NCBI GenBank assembly: GCA_951406725.2
Contig: OX597819.1
Location: forward strand, 94,054,001 to 94,118,000
DNA: 64,000 bases
Direction: 5' to 3'
From: Octopus vulgaris
Taxonomy: Eukaryota
Part shown: positions 14,697 to 29,134 of the stretch, piece by piece
Layout: every line of letters begins with the position of its first letter
How positions within the stretch are numbered: position 1 is the stretch's first letter
Made by a program: the position numbers and the translations under genes
The notes under the pieces: model-generated
Database searches by the model: none
Told to the model about the DNA's origin: nothing
The model's input: the letters and a program-made list of their open reading frames with translations, nothing else

Positions 14697-15294
14697 TAGG
14701 GCTGTTGCTAAGCAGGGGTTGCAGGGGGCCTCTGCAGTTGAGGGGCTCCATGTTAAGATCAAAATATTTACTTTGGTTAATATGTTGAACAAGAATTAAA
14801 CTATGATAACTGAAAATTTCAAGAAATAAAATAGTAAACCTGCAAAAGTTCATGTAAAAATATTACATTGCACCACAAACATGTACCAGACTTTGTGGAT
14901 TGTCTATGATATCTATTGGACATGAACTTCTATGATCTGTTTCCTTACATACTAACCAATCCTAAATCGTCAGCTTCATTATTTTGAACTAATCAATGAT
15001 TTCGCAGAGTGAAAAGTGTGTCGTGTTTGTTGCTGAAAGTTGCCTGGCTTATAAAAGTGCTCTTTTAATCATATCTGGAAGTTTTACTTATTGAAATTTG
15101 TAATAGATATAAATAAATTTAACTTGGGCTTTTAAAGATGTTCTTTAAGATAACATGAAAAAGTGAACTTCAGATAGAATAAAGTAAAATATAGCTATGA
15201 ATAAAAGGTGCATAGATTATAAATTTTGATTGAAGGGATGGGGCCACAAAACAAAATGTTGCAGGAGGCCTCTAAAAGTCATGCGATGGAGCTA
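14697..15294. mobile_element. Old non-autonomous hAT-like element
   Basis: 8-bp flanks CACATGAG and CACATGGG, decayed TAGGGC-type TIRs, and subterminal GCAGG(G/A)GGCCTCT motifs at both ends. Confidence 0.5.
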
Positions 15295-15616
15295 CACATG
15301 GGTTCCTTCTGACTGGAATGCTTGATTTCTTTATGCAACTGTTCTTTCCCATAAATATCACATACTTATAACAGCACAGTCTTCTCTGTTTTCTTTGGCC
15401 ACCTTTCATGGTAAATGCAGTTGGTTATCTTTCTTTCTTCTTTATTATCCCTTTAGGACTGAGAATATATAACAACGAGTTAGGTAGAATGAAAAGTTTG
15501 ATTATAGGATTAGGATTTTGTTGTGTATGTTAGAATGTGTACTCAGAAGCAAAACTTACAAGAAATTTGGTCGCTTAATCAACAGGATTGCTACTTGTGG
15601 AGACATCTTGACCAGA

Positions 15617-15830
15617 GTGGTACATGGCTTAATGATTAGAGTATTGGACTTATGATTGTAAGATTGTGGTTTCGATTCCTGAACCAGGCAACATATTGTT
15701 TTTTTGAGCAAAACACTTCATTTCACATTGCTCCAGTCCACTCAGCTGGCAAAAATGAGTAATCCTGCAATGGACTAGCATCCTGTCCAGGTGGGGAATA
15801 TATACACCATGAAACCAGGAAACTGGCCAT
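15617..15830 (+). mobile_element. tRNA-derived SINE with a Meta-domain-like core
   Basis: GTTTCGATTCC B-box and CCTGCAATGGACTAGCATCCTGTCCAGG. Related heads at about 13940-14240(+), 400-590(-) and 54440-54740(-). Confidence 0.7.
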
Positions 15831-17134
15831 CTTGATTGAAGAGAGGGAGAATCGAGAAAATTTAATAAATATCTACTTCTCAAAAAATCAAAGGTGTCTA
15901 TCCATCAGGTATACCAATGGAAAATTATTTTTACTACTGCAGACAGTTTATGATACAAAACAATTAGATTTCTGTACCAATGGTTTTACTTTAGGAAGGA
16001 GCAGACTGACTACCATGAGAGTTACAGGAGATAACTTCAGTGGGAAGTAAGCTGAGATATCTTTCTTTAGTGAAGGACTAGAGAAAGTTGAATATTTACA
16101 GTTAGGGTAGAGTTCTTTGGGACAGCAAACTGATATCAAGATTTTGAACCAGATTGAGTGACAGCTTTTGTTACCACAAACGAGAAAGATGATGAGTAAA
16201 CATAGACACCACCTTTTGGAAAGAAAAGAGAAAGAGCACAGCCTTGAGGATTTGCAATCATTTATGAGAAGGCATAATTAGTTTTGACTTTACAGATAAA
16301 AAGACGCAAAATTAAAACTCATGGAGACATGTTGGCACTGAAAACTGGAAATTAAAATAATTATAATTGATGATTAAAAAATAAATGATCACTCCAAATT
16401 TTCTTTGTGAATTATTTTCACTATAAAAATCTACCATAAAACCTCCAAATACCTCTGATAGGAAATTTTATTTTTTAATTTTTTTAGAAGAAATTTATTG
16501 ATGGTATTGTCTGAAATTATTCTTTAACCATAAACCACACTTATATTTCAGGCAAATATTTAACTGGCTCTGTTTTATAAAATACTTATGATTATGAATT
16601 TCTATCAGTTAGAAAACACTTATCCTCATTCTAACACATACAAATGTACCTATAAATCTTTTAAAACTAAACAATCTAAGTGATTAATATGCAACCTATT
16701 TTCTTCTTTCTTTTATGTTAGCATTTTAAGAATTTTTAATTTAAATCCCTCTTCTCCTGTCAAACGAACTTTCTTTTCATGCTATTTCATGCCAATTTAA
16801 ACTCATGCTATCTTAAGCATTTTGGTCTGAAGAAAGCAGAATCTACTTCTAAGTATAAATTTTCTTCATTATCTCAGCACTAAAAGCAGAACTTGAGACA
16901 TCTTTAAGCTAAGGTATAACATACTTTTCATTTTTCATCTGATTAATCTTGGTTATAGGAGGTGAAATCTCCTTAAAAGAGGTAATTAAGTGATACCAAT
17001 TTCCTTAAGATTCCTGCCAGTTAGATTACGGGTGAAATCAGATTCAAACATCTCTTGTGTATTAAATCCACTTGAAAGCTCTTTTTGCTATATATGTTCA
17101 TATACATACATACATACATACATACATACATACA

Positions 17135-17169
<35 letters not shown>

Positions 17170-17206
17170 GTATATATACATACACATGTGCTCTCTCTCT
17201 CTTTCT

Positions 17207-17241
<35 letters not shown>

Positions 17242-19327
17242 AATCTCCATGACAGCTGTTGTGCTTGCTTGGCATCTGTATCACTTTTTTGTCAGTCTAA
17301 AGAAACTATTTCTGCTAATGGCTAGACACCTTATTTATCTTATTTTCCTTTCACAAATTACCAATGGATTTTCTTTCAACATATCAAACCATAAAGTAAT
17401 CTTTAAACACTTTAGTTTTGTTTCTGTTTGTTTGTTTGTTTATATATTTTTTTTTCATTTACCTATTTTTGCTTAGAGGGCAAAAATAAAAAACTGTTTG
17501 GAATAATTTATCTCCCCATCTGGCCAACTCCATCATATGATATTTGATTTGTCTGTCTGGTAATGAATAAACCACTCTTTTGAAGAGTCGCTGACACTTG
17601 AAGGTAAAAGAAAGAGTTGAGGGTGAAGAGAGAAGAAATTACCCTTTAGCTTAACTGACAAAATTCCTAAGAACTAGAACCATAATACCTAAACAGCATC
17701 ACAAGCAATATTCTTCCATTTAAAACTATTTAGTAAGTCCATGCCAGTGCTGAAAACTTTTCTTTGGCTAACTCATAAATGTTATGATTAAGGTCTTAAG
17801 TCCATAATTTAGAAAAATTATTGTGTAACATTTCACTTAATTAGAAGATATACAGATACTAGATTTTTATAGCAGGATAAAGGTAGAGTCAATAAAATTT
17901 TGGCAGTGAAAATTTGTATTGCCTTGTATTATGCCCTTCAACAAAGCAATGAATTTCTTTATTAAAGCAATGATAAGCAATGCTAAGCTGAAGAATTCGT
18001 ATCATTTCCATATATAAACTCTAAGCATCTTAAGAAGAAACAAATGTCTAAAATAAAAAGTGATCTCTCTTTCAATCATTTTTATGCAAATAACTCAATT
18101 TTCAAACCAAGTATACTAAAATTGAGTTGATTCAAAATTTTGTGATATTTCTTGCTAATAAATAAATGAATGAATAAATAGATATATAAATAACTCATCA
18201 AATTAATATTCAATATAATGGTTAGATCTTAAAATAATTATTACTTTTGATCATTATATTCTTTGCAAATGTCCCTATTTTTAGAGAAAAATTACATCAA
18301 TAATAAAGTTGCTGTTTTTTTTTAATTTATTTATTTATTTTAAATTTGATGACATCAACTATTTAAGCTACAGAGAAGTAATGATTTTTACTTTATTTTT
18401 AATTTCAATATTCTATTTTGATGACTAAAAATTAAGTTATTTTATATCTAAAGCTATTTTATTAGCTTCCAGGATCCTATAAAATTTCAACACTTGTTAT
18501 CTTTTGTTGAAGAAATATTTTCATGAAATTTCAGTCTCAAAAGCCAACACATGAAATTCTTTAAATTCTAACATCATATTACTTCTGGTTCAAAAAGTTC
18601 ATATTTATATCTCTGTTTCCTTCCCATCTAATTTACTTTGATTTCCAAATGTAATATATACAATCATAAAGATTCGTTTATTAGACATTTTACTCCAATT
18701 ACAGCCAGACTTTATTACTGATTAAATTACAAAAGTACTAGTGGAGTACAGCATGCATTTCAGTACAGTTTGTCTTATGAATAAATATGTATATGTGAAG
18801 TATGTACTGTAAGTTTTCCATTGTTTAAAATGAAGATCAAATTAATTAGTTTAACTGTTCTTATAACTCAGCAAAGTTAATTTAATTCTCCCTGCCAAAG
18901 TACAAAGCAATAGTAATGAAAAGTTACTTAAAAGAATATAAAACAGATTGTAAATAACATAGTAACTTATGTACATAATAGTGCAATGGTGAGCACCGGA
19001 TATTCATAATAGAGGTACCGATAGTATGAGTTACGGATGAATGTTTATATAAAGTCATGTCTTTATCCTTTCAATATTTTATTGGTTTAAAACAAAGGAC
19101 TGTGACTACACTAGGTCACAACCTTGGAAAGTTTAGTTGATCATATTAACCTCAGCACTTATTGTTTTGAGTCTGGTAATTACTTTATCGATATTAATTT
19201 GTCAAACTGGTAATTTATGAGGCATAAACAAGGACATAACAAACAAGACTTGTTGTTAAGTAGTGTATATATATATATATATATGTAAACATAAACATGA
19301 GCACACATATATGCATGTATGTATATA

Positions 19328-19748
19328 TGTCATTATTCAGTTTTATTTCAAGATTTCTTGCCATTAGAGAAAGAGATGATTTCTAACCTAAAACCAAGGC
19401 TCTTTCATTGGAATTTCAACAACATCAACAGGATATTTTTGCATGCATGTATGTATATGTGCAGATTTGCATGTTTTGTTTTAGGTATATATTCTCATGT
19501 ATATAGTTGCATGTCAAGACATGTTCATATATACTTAAATGATAAACTTCTGGAAAGTTTTACAGATTTTTACAGTTCTGGTGATGGCTTGGATATATAT
19601 AGACTTCAAATAAGCTTTCTCCTTTCTGGTTCTGAGAAGCCTAATTTCTCAAGATTGGTATTTAGGCAATGTGTTACATACCCTAGTGCCCCAATGATTA
19701 CGGGTATAAACCTGAACTTGTAGTCTAGATAGAGTAACCGTAGATTCT
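19328..19748 (-). mobile_element. 3' end of an RLE-type (R4/Dong/NeSL-like) non-LTR retrotransposon
   Basis: Minus-strand peptide NLRLLYLDYKFRFIPVIIGALGYV is typical of the restriction-like endonuclease C-terminus. The insert sits in TATG-type repeats. Confidence 0.7.
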
Positions 19749-20924
19749 GTCTGTCTGTATGTATGTACATATGCATGCATGCATGTAACAGGCTTCTGTA
19801 CAGTATCCAGCTAGCAAATTTCACTCACAAAGTATTGATCAACCTAAGGCTAAAGTAAAAAGGCACTTACCCAAGGTGCCATGCAACAGAGCTAAATTGA
19901 CATGGCTTTATACTAACTTCTTAACCACATCACCATACCTATATATTTAATCTAGCTGTAAAATTAGACACTCATGCTTAGATCACAGAGATTTGGTGGC
20001 GGGGCTATTTGAAAAGAGCCAGCAGATTTACCATATAATTGGTCTAATTTCACAGTAATAATAAATATACAAATATACAAAGGGATAAAATTCTGTGTAT
20101 GTGTGTATATTTTCATAACTGCTTGCACAAATTTTGGAGTTGTACTTGTTTTGAAGTAGTTTGAACTGAGATCTTGTATTGAAACTGACAGAACTGCATT
20201 AAACCAAGAAATTTCAAACATCTAAAAGCTCATAAAGACTGTATTATGAATGAATATATATAGATATATATGGATATCATATGTTCTGTCGTATCTGGGT
20301 CAGAGGTGGGGGAGGTTCATCTTGTCAATAATAAACATATATACCAGTTCTATTTTACTTTTATCATCATTAGGCAATTTAAGGTGACAAGCTGGCAGAA
20401 TCATTAACATCAATCTTTACATTCTGGGTTCAAATTTCCCAGAGGGCAACTTTGCTTTTCATCCTTTTGGGGTCAGTAAGATAGCTACCAGTTGTGCACG
20501 GGAGTCAATGGTATTGGCTACACCCACTTCCCCAGAATTTCAGGCCTTGTGCCTATAGTAGAAAGTATTACTATTAGTCAATTTGTCTGCTTCGGGTCTG
20601 TCTGTCTCTTTATCAATGGTGTAATGATACTCCCAAGATACAATTAAATCTCTTTCAACATGTGAATGCACATCAACAATTTTGCAAACCAAATACAAAA
20701 ACAAAACATTATATATTCATTTTCATTTTTCTACTCCTGGTTAAGGGCCTTCATAGTAAACCAACTGTTATCTAGACAACAAATCTCCCCTCTCTTTGTC
20801 AATAGCGTTGTTCAAGGGAGAAGCAAGATCCAATGCAGCTTTGCTCTAGTGTCATTGCCAATAAATTCAAGATGTAAAGAACTTGAACAAATACTGCAAG
20901 ATATTTGGTCCACTTCTATCTACC

Positions 20925-21340
20925 CAGGTGTTAGCATGGCAGTGTGGTTAAGAAGCTCACTTTGCAACCATGTGTTTTCAAGTTCAGTACCCTTCTGCAG
21001 CACCTTGGGCAAGTGTCTTCTACTATAGACTTAGATCAACTAATGAATGAATTTGGTTGATGAAAACTGGATGGAAACCCATTGTGTGTGTGTGCATGCA
21101 CACGTGTGTCTTTGTGTGTATCTATTTGTGTTTGTGTTTGTCTTCCCAACTACTTGACAACTGGTGTTGGTTTGTTTATATCCCCATAACTTTGTGGTTC
21201 AGCAAAAGAGACCAATAGAATAAGTATAAGTACCAGGCTTTAAAAATAGGTACTGGAGTTGATTTATTTATTCAACTAAAACCTTTCAAAGCAGTGCTCT
21301 AGCATGGCTGCAATCCAATAACTGAAGCAAGGTAAAAGAA
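20925..21340 (+). mobile_element. SINE family A (older copy)
   Basis: Head, body and tail motifs present but diverged. Confidence 0.8.
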
Positions 21341-22046
21341 TTCCACCAGTCTGGATTGGCTCTTTAATTATTGACCCTAGAAAGATAAAAGATAAAGTTG
21401 ACCTCAGCAGGATTTGAACTCAGAATGTATAGAGCCTCCAAAAAACTGTAAGATACTTTAATTTGGTGCTCAAATCATTGTGTCAATCTACCACCTATCT
21501 TTACATCTTTTATATATAAATTATATATTTATTCTTTATTCATATTCAAAGATGTACATAAAAATAAAAATATGGATTAAATTCTCAAGAAAATTAAAGC
21601 AGTTTTGTCTTTTATATGACTGCGTAAAATTTTTATCCTTATGGTTATTAGTAATTACTAATTAAGAACGTGTGATATCAATTATAGTATTGTCTTACAG
21701 ATTAATTTTGCAAGCAAAACTGTTTCATTAACTTTTATTAAAAAATTTTAATTAAATAATTTGAGGCCTAAAACAAGTTAGTCTACTAAAGTTTCTTTAC
21801 ATATTCAAATGCCATGAAATTCATGTGGAACTTGTTAATTTTAATTTCAAATGTGTAATTATATTATACATATTTATAATTTATAGTTAATTATATACTT
21901 CATTTAATTATGACATCAAGAAATATATCCATATATATATATATATATATAAAAGCAGTTAGATTTGCTATTCATATTGTCATACCACTCAAAGATTAGT
22001 TCTTTTAGAGTTACTTGAGCCACATTTCATGTAAGATATAAATACT

Positions 22047-22096
<50 letters not shown>

Positions 22097-22116
22097 TTTA
22101 CATCTGCTTTCAATGC

Positions 22117-22425
22117 TAGTTTGTTTGTCCCTTCTCGAGCCATGCCTGGTTCATAAGGGCCAGCTTCCCAGTTTCCTTGGCGTATAGGTTCCCCACCTGG
22201 ACGGGACACCGGTCTGTCGCAGGTGAGCTGTAAGATGCAGGAGGAAATAGTGAGAGAAAGTTGTGGCGAAAGAGTCAGTAGAAGTTCGCCATTACCTTCT
22301 GCCAGAGCCGCGTGGTGCTTAGGTGTTTTCACTCATAAACACACACATCGCCCTGTCCGAGATTCGAACCCATGATCCCTCGACTGCGAGTCCGCTGCTC
22401 TAACTACTAGGCCATGTGCCTCCAG
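22117..22425 (-). mobile_element. tRNA-derived SINE with a Meta-domain-like core
   Basis: Reverse complement has A-box TGGCCTAGTAG, B-box GGTTCGAATC, then CCTGCGACAGACCGGTGTCCCGTCCAGG..GGAAACTGGG and a (CAAA)n tail. Confidence 0.75.
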
Positions 22426-22479
22426 GTTGTTACTAACTATGCTTCTAGAACAGGATGAAGTGTAAGATATCTGATCCTT

Positions 22480-22840
22480 CTTATGGTCAGTTATTCTCTC
22501 AGCTCATTTATGAGTTTCATTTATGCACACTCATATTACACTTCCAGCAAGGCATGCTCACTTCATTCCTTTTGAATATTGTCTATTCAAGGTCCATGTC
22601 TCATAACAATGCTTCATTGTGCTTCATACATGAGTATTATACAAACTACCATTTGCTTTGAAGAATCTTTTGTTGCCACTAAAATTAATAGTTCCCTGAA
22701 CATTTTCCAGCCAATTCTTACTCAGGTTACTATGCTCTTAGGACATCTACCTCAACTGCTAAGTCCCCTTGGTAACAACTTTTTAGAGAGCCACTAGGAT
22801 ACTGAAGGGTGTCTATTTTGCATGTGGTCTTAGTACTTAC
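22480..22840 (-). mobile_element. Degraded RTE reverse-transcriptase C-terminal fragment
   Basis: Minus-strand frames give a frameshifted resemblance to the RTE ..ETW..MLRW..ELRE region. Confidence 0.45.
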
Positions 22841-23180
22841 TACTTCCCTGCACTTTGACATATGAAGTTACACACACACACACACAAGAAATATAAATAT
22901 GTACAAGAGATTTCTGTACAGTTTCTGTCTACCAATTTCAGCCACAATGTATTAGTCACCATGAAATGAGAATCTTGCTCAAGGTGCCATGCAATGGGAT
23001 TGAGCTTGTAAGCATGTTTTGTGAAGTAAACTTATTAATCACACAGCCTTTCCTGTACTTTATATGAAAAATAAAACAAAAAGACAGTGTGATTGTAGCT
23101 GTGACACCCATGATCATACATTTATTCAATCACAACTCATCAAGAGCAAAACAGCAACAATAGCAAATATATTTTTCTAT

Positions 23181-23344
23181 AGGCGCAGAAGTGGCTGTGT
23201 GGTAAGTAGCTGGCTTACCAACCATATGGTTCTGGGTTCAGGCCCACTGCGTGGCACCTTGGGCAAGTGTCTTCTACTATAGCCTCGGGCCAACCAAAGC
23301 CTTGTGAGTGGATTTGGTAGATGGAAACTGAAAGAAGCCCATCG

Positions 23345-23397
<53 letters not shown>

Positions 23398-23625
23398 ATA
23401 TCTTTTGTGTGTCTGTGTTTGTCCCCACCCTCAACATCACTTGACAACCGATGCTGGTGTGTTTACGTCCCATAACTTAGCGGTTAACGGTTCAGCAAAA
23501 GAGACTGATAGAATAAGTACTAGGCTTACAAAGAATAAGTCCTGGGGCCGATGTGCTCGACTAAAGGCGGTGCTCCAGCATGGCTGCAGTCAAATTACTG
23601 AAACAAGTAAAAGAGTAAAAGAGTA
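23181..23625 (+). mobile_element. Full-length tRNA-derived SINE family A (internal TA/TG microsatellite)
   Basis: A-box TGGCTGTGTGG, B-box GGTTCAGGCCC, CCTTGGGCAAGTGTCTT body, and tail GGTGCTCCAGCATGG..CTGAAACAAG(TAAAAGAG)n. Confidence 0.9.
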
Positions 23626-23961
23626 AGAAAATTTTGTAAAATCAAAGTCCCAAATAGAAACAATGAAAAATATTTATTTTATTTTATTTTATTTTATTAA
23701 AAAATATTTAATTTACTTTATAATTAATTATAAATTTTTAATTTATTATTTATACCTTTTTTTAAAAAGCAATTATTCAGATACTATATATCTTATATTT
23801 TTATACAAATAACCCAATAGTTATTTTAATGATGTTCTTTTGAAAAACATGAAAATTTTTTTACTAATAAATATCAGAAAATTTGTTCATTGTACAACTG
23901 TTTGAATTAAGTCCTAACTTTCTAGACATTCAAATATATCTTAGAACTTATATATTTAGAT

Positions 23962-24006
<45 letters not shown>

Positions 24007-25862
24007 TTCTTCTTTTTCATAATTAGATAGTGATTGACTTTTCAGTAGTAAGAATAATTATTCATTAAGGATTGATCCCCATCAGTCTCACTCGTATTTT
24101 GTATTTCCCTTAACTGTTTTATTTTATTTTTATTACTTATATCTTTTATTTTGGTATCTTTTATGTTGGTGTCTATGTATAGTGTACACATATTAAGTTT
24201 TATGCTGCTGTTCTTAAATACTAGGTCAGTTCTGATCAAAAACATCTTTAATTGTGACAATCCTGTCTTATTTTATTCAATGCCATATCTTTAAGCCTAC
24301 ATTATTCAGTGTTTTACTACATTTTCTTTTTCTTGGAAACTGAGTGAGGGAAATCTGACTGTTCTTTGTCACAAGGTAAACAACCATAAGAAGAGTCCTT
24401 TGTTGGGTATAATAATAAATTAGTGAGCTGGCCGATTCGTTAGCACACTGGGCAAAATGCTTCACAGCATTTCTTCCGTGTTTATGTTCTGAGTTCGAAT
24501 TTCTCCGAGGTTAACTCTTTTTCTTTCATCCTTATGGGGTTGATAAAATGAGTACCAGCTGAGCACTGGAGGGTCGATTTAATTGACTTCCCCACCTCCT
24601 CCAAAATTGCTGGCTTTGCACCAAAATTTGAAACCAATATAATACCAAATAATTGAAATATGGTATTGTTGCTCTTATTATCACTACCACTTAGATATTT
24701 AAAGTCAGTTTGGATTGACAGAACCATTCAAACACCAAACAATATATCTTACAGTATTTAGTGACAACACTTAATTCTGAAGTCAATTCATGCTGAAATT
24801 AACTTTCACTTTCATTTTTCCATGATCAATAAAACATACCTCATCCCCCCAAAAAGATTATGGTCTTGTGCTAATGTTAGAAACTTAGATGTATTTAAAC
24901 GTCAATTAATTTGGCAAACACGAAATTTCAGTGATTGCACTTCACTAACAAAATGCTTTATCATTTAAAACTGGACTAATTGACCCTCCCTCAGCCTCTC
25001 CTCTCTCTGTCTATCTGTCTATATCTCTCTGTTTATCATTCTAACAATCTCTTTATCCCCACTCTCTCTCCTTCACACACACACTCACACAGATACACTT
25101 ACTGCTCACCTACCTTCTCCATACACCTGTGCACATGTGTACACACACACACTTTTGTATCGGTTAAGGAATTAAAATTGCAAAACAAAATACCATAAAC
25201 AAAACTTATATTTTGTTTTCTTCATTCCAAATTAAAGAAAACCCAACCCAATTTTTTTTTCCATTAATAAAACTCCTTTGACATTTTAAGAAAACTACAT
25301 TTTCTTGTACATGTTATGTTTATACTTTTTAAAAAATGCTTTATTTTCTACTTTCTTTTGGCATGTCATTTGCCAATGAACAAATAACATTTTCTAACCA
25401 GCTACTTTTTGATGTCACCATGCTAGATAGAAAACCATTTGATTTTCAATGCAAAGAATATCTCCGAGAAATAAAAATTTAACTTGCAGCCAATAATGAC
25501 AAAACACATTTATTTCACAGAAATGTTTGACAAATGCACATACATACATACATGCAAACAAAATATAAAGACAACCAAGTTGGTGCTGTTGGTAAAATCA
25601 CTGGAGATAATTTAATGATCAGTTTGTATTATTCCTTTTACATTCAACTATTTAACCAAGCATAAAATAATCTCAGTTGATTAACAAATAACCAGAATAA
25701 ATTCTGAGTGGCAAGGAAAGAATAATTCCTGATTACATGTTCGAGAGCCTATATGAGACATATTGATGGCAAAGATTTTGTATTCTGTTACAGAAAGGGC
25801 AAATATGTCCCTTTACTTCAGTAGCCAAAATGTCTACTAGCTAGCCATTATAAGCAGGTACA

Positions 25863-25906
<44 letters not shown>

Positions 25907-25915
25907 TATACACAC

Positions 25916-25948
<33 letters not shown>

Positions 25949-26021
25949 CACATATATATATACATATATATATATATACATATATATACATATATATATA
26001 TATACATATATACATATATTC

Positions 26022-26098
<77 letters not shown>

Positions 26099-26207
26099 TA
26101 TATATATATAGGCGCTTGATAAGTGCAAATGCACTAAGCTCTTGGATCTTGAGTCACTCGCTTGCTTCCGCTAAATATTAGTATATAGATAGAGATAAAT
26201 ATATATA

Positions 26208-26443
26208 CAGCGGGGCCTAAAAGTAGGTTAATAGTTATCATGTAGGCACTTTAAATTTCTTTTAAAACATTTTATCACATTTAAATTTCTATCTTACAAA
26301 CTGAAAAGGGAGCTCGACAAAATTAACTAAATTAGCATAGAATAATGATTTCATATTTTTCTCTAATTAAGATCTAAACTGTTAATATATGTATGCGAAA
26401 CAGACAGTTGAATAACTGTAAACCTACTTTTGGGGCCACCCTG
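26208..26443. mobile_element. Tc1/mariner MITE
   Basis: TA|CAGCGGGGCCTAAAAGTAGGTT ... AACCTACTTTTGGGGCCACCCTG|TA. Confidence 0.8.
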
Positions 26444-26510
26444 TATATATCACCAGTAAAACATAAACCCATAAAAGAAGCACACTAAGTTATAGAGCAG
26501 TATATAATAT

Positions 26511-26786
26511 AAAGTTAGATAAGGCCAGTTTATGGGATTAACCTGGGTTTTACATTCATAAAGTGTTTAGCTTTATGGCATATCATCTGATACCAAAACT
26601 TGTTGGCTTAAGGCCTTTCTAGTGAGTAGCCTCTCTAGAATATGGAGGCAGAAAGGACCTCACTATTCAATGCTGTAATTGAGTAGAGAGGTTCTTTCCT
26701 CTTCCATATTCTAAAAAGGCTTTAAGCCAACAGGTTTATGGACATGAAACCCAGGGTAAACCCATAAACCAGCCTTATCTAACTTT
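26511..26786. mobile_element. MITE with ~65-bp imperfect terminal inverted repeats
   Basis: AAAGTTAGATAAGGCCAGTTTATGGG ... CCCATAAACCAGCCTTATCTAACTTT with TA-rich flanks. Confidence 0.75.
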
Positions 26787-26789
26787 ATT

Positions 26790-26839
<50 letters not shown>

Positions 26840-27065
26840 TGCAGGTGTGCCAGTATGATAAGAAGCTTGCTTCCCCACCACATGGTCCCAGGTTCAGTTC
26901 CAGTTCCACTGTCTGACACCTTGGGTAAGTGTCATCTACTATAGCCCCAGCCAACAAAAGTCTTGAAACTGGATTTGGTAAATAGAAACTAAAATAAGTC
27001 CATGATATATATATGCATATATATGTATGTGTGTGCATGTGTGTATGCATATATATATATGTGTG

Positions 27066-27939
27066 TGATCTGATCAATAAATATCCAGGCTGTTGCCATA
27101 GTAACAAAGCTAAAGCACACAAAGTGAAGTTGCTTGTCTCAGATTGACCTTGAACTCTACCATGCATGTGCACTAAGTTTTAATGTTCTAACTCACTTCT
27201 GCTGTTTACAGCAGTGCTTGGAAGGAAGTTGTGTAATGTGTGATTGTCACATTGACCATGACAGAGAAATTTGAGCAGAGAATCTGCATCAAATTGTGCC
27301 AAAAGCTTGGCAATACCTGCTCAGAGGCCTACACAAAGTTTTCATCATTCTCGATACAATTAAGGATATCTTGTACAACTGAAATCAGAGTTTCTTTTTG
27401 GTCAGCTGAAAGCAGTTTTGGCACAAACTTGGCAGACACGTGTCACATACCAAAATCTTCAGTGATAATGAACTAAACTGTAACTCATCTACACATCCTC
27501 TAATAACTCATGGATGGTGATTCGATGATTTCCCCTCACAGCTGCATGCACATGTACAGCTTTTCTCAGTTCTGCTGGTTATGGGTCTCCCAGAAAGTTC
27601 CTCAATATCGACAATTTTTCGGCTATCTTAGAAACATCTAAACCACTTGTAAAATTTTGTGCAGCTCATAAACTCCTCTCCATACACTTTCCACAACTTG
27701 CATAGGCCTCTGAGCAGGTATCACCATGACAACTTTCTCTGTCATGGTCAATGTGATGAATACACACTACACACCTTCCTTCCAAGCACTGCTGTAAACA
27801 GTAGAAGGGAGCTAGAACATTAAAATTTAGTGTGCATGCACAACAGAGTTCAAAGTCAATCTGTACCAAGTGGCTTCACACTGTGTACTTTAGCTTCATT
27901 ACCATGGCAACAGACCAGATACTTCTTGATCAGACCTCA
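27066..27939 (-). mobile_element. Mariner derivative made of two inverted 5' ends
   Basis: Arms of ~270 bp are inverted, and both include the transposase start (MTEKFEQRICIKLCQKLG on +). The minus strand continues as a degraded transposase (..VSAKFVPKLLSADQKE..VQDILNCIENDENF). Confidence 0.85.
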
Positions 27940-27974
27940 TATATATATATATATATATATATAGCTTTTCTAAG

Positions 27975-28009
<35 letters not shown>

Positions 28010-28044
28010 TGCTTTCCCCACCTATATATGTGTGAGTATATATA

Positions 28045-28311
28045 TGCCGCTGAACTGGCTCCTGTGCAGGTGGCACATAAAAGCACCATTTAAGCGTGGC
28101 CATTGCCAGTACCACCTAACTGGCCCTTGTGCCGGTGGTACATAAAAGCACCCACTACACTCTCAGAGTGGTTGGCGTTAGGAAGGGCATTGAGCTATAG
28201 AAACTCTGCCAGATCAGATTGGAGTCTGGTGCTGCCATCTGGTTCGCCAGACTTCAGTCAAATCGTCCAACTCATGCTAGCATGGAAAGCAGACATTAAA
28301 CGATGATGATA
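28045..28311 (+). mobile_element. RTE LINE 3' UTR
   Basis: GGTGGCACATAAAAGCACC units, GGTTGGCGTTAGGAAGGGCAT, ending GCATGGAAAGCAGACATTAAACGATGATGAT. Confidence 0.8.
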
Positions 28312-28349
28312 ACGATATATATATATGTCTATATACATGTATATATATG

Positions 28350-28412
<63 letters not shown>

Positions 28413-29134
28413 ATGTATATAGACATATATATATATATATAAACACAAATAGTTATATACATTTATGTTGGATTATTATGAAGACGACTGAAAATAAAAA
28501 CAGTACTTGCATAAGAGCGGTTTTAGTTTAGCAGAGGCACATGGTATCAAGACAGTGGCATTAATTCGCACACATACATTCACTCAAACATATATATACA
28601 TATGTATGTGTTGATGTGCACATGTGTGCACATGCATGTGCGGGCATGTCTGTATGTGAAATTTTGAATTTGTATAACTATAGTTCGTTGTACGGAAGTA
28701 ATAACTTGAGAAAAGGATATGTGATAGAATCTATTACATTTTTCAGTAAATTTATTATTGAAGTTGTTAATTTTCAATGTGTCTGCAATCATTATGCATA
28801 CAAAACATGATGAGATTCTGAAGTTTTAGAAATACATGTTTCAGCTCACTTTCAATTACATTATAATTCACATTAGCTACCCATTAGGATTTTATAATGA
28901 GTTTGAATACATACATACATACACACATATATACACATATATAAACATTTATATGTATATTTATAAACATAGATATATACACAGATATGCATGCTTATAT
29001 AATGATATATACATATATATATAAGTATATATATGTACATACATACATAAATATATATATGTGTGTGTGTGTAGATATAGATAGATGCACACACATTTAT
29101 ATGTATATATAATTATATATGCATAGTTATGATA

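Noticed and set aside
25841-26134. Numerous YI-, HT- and CV-repeat ORFs in the track (also around 36000, 39400, 46500-48000)
   Set aside because: They are translations of TA/CA/TG microsatellites, which lack stop codons. Not genes.
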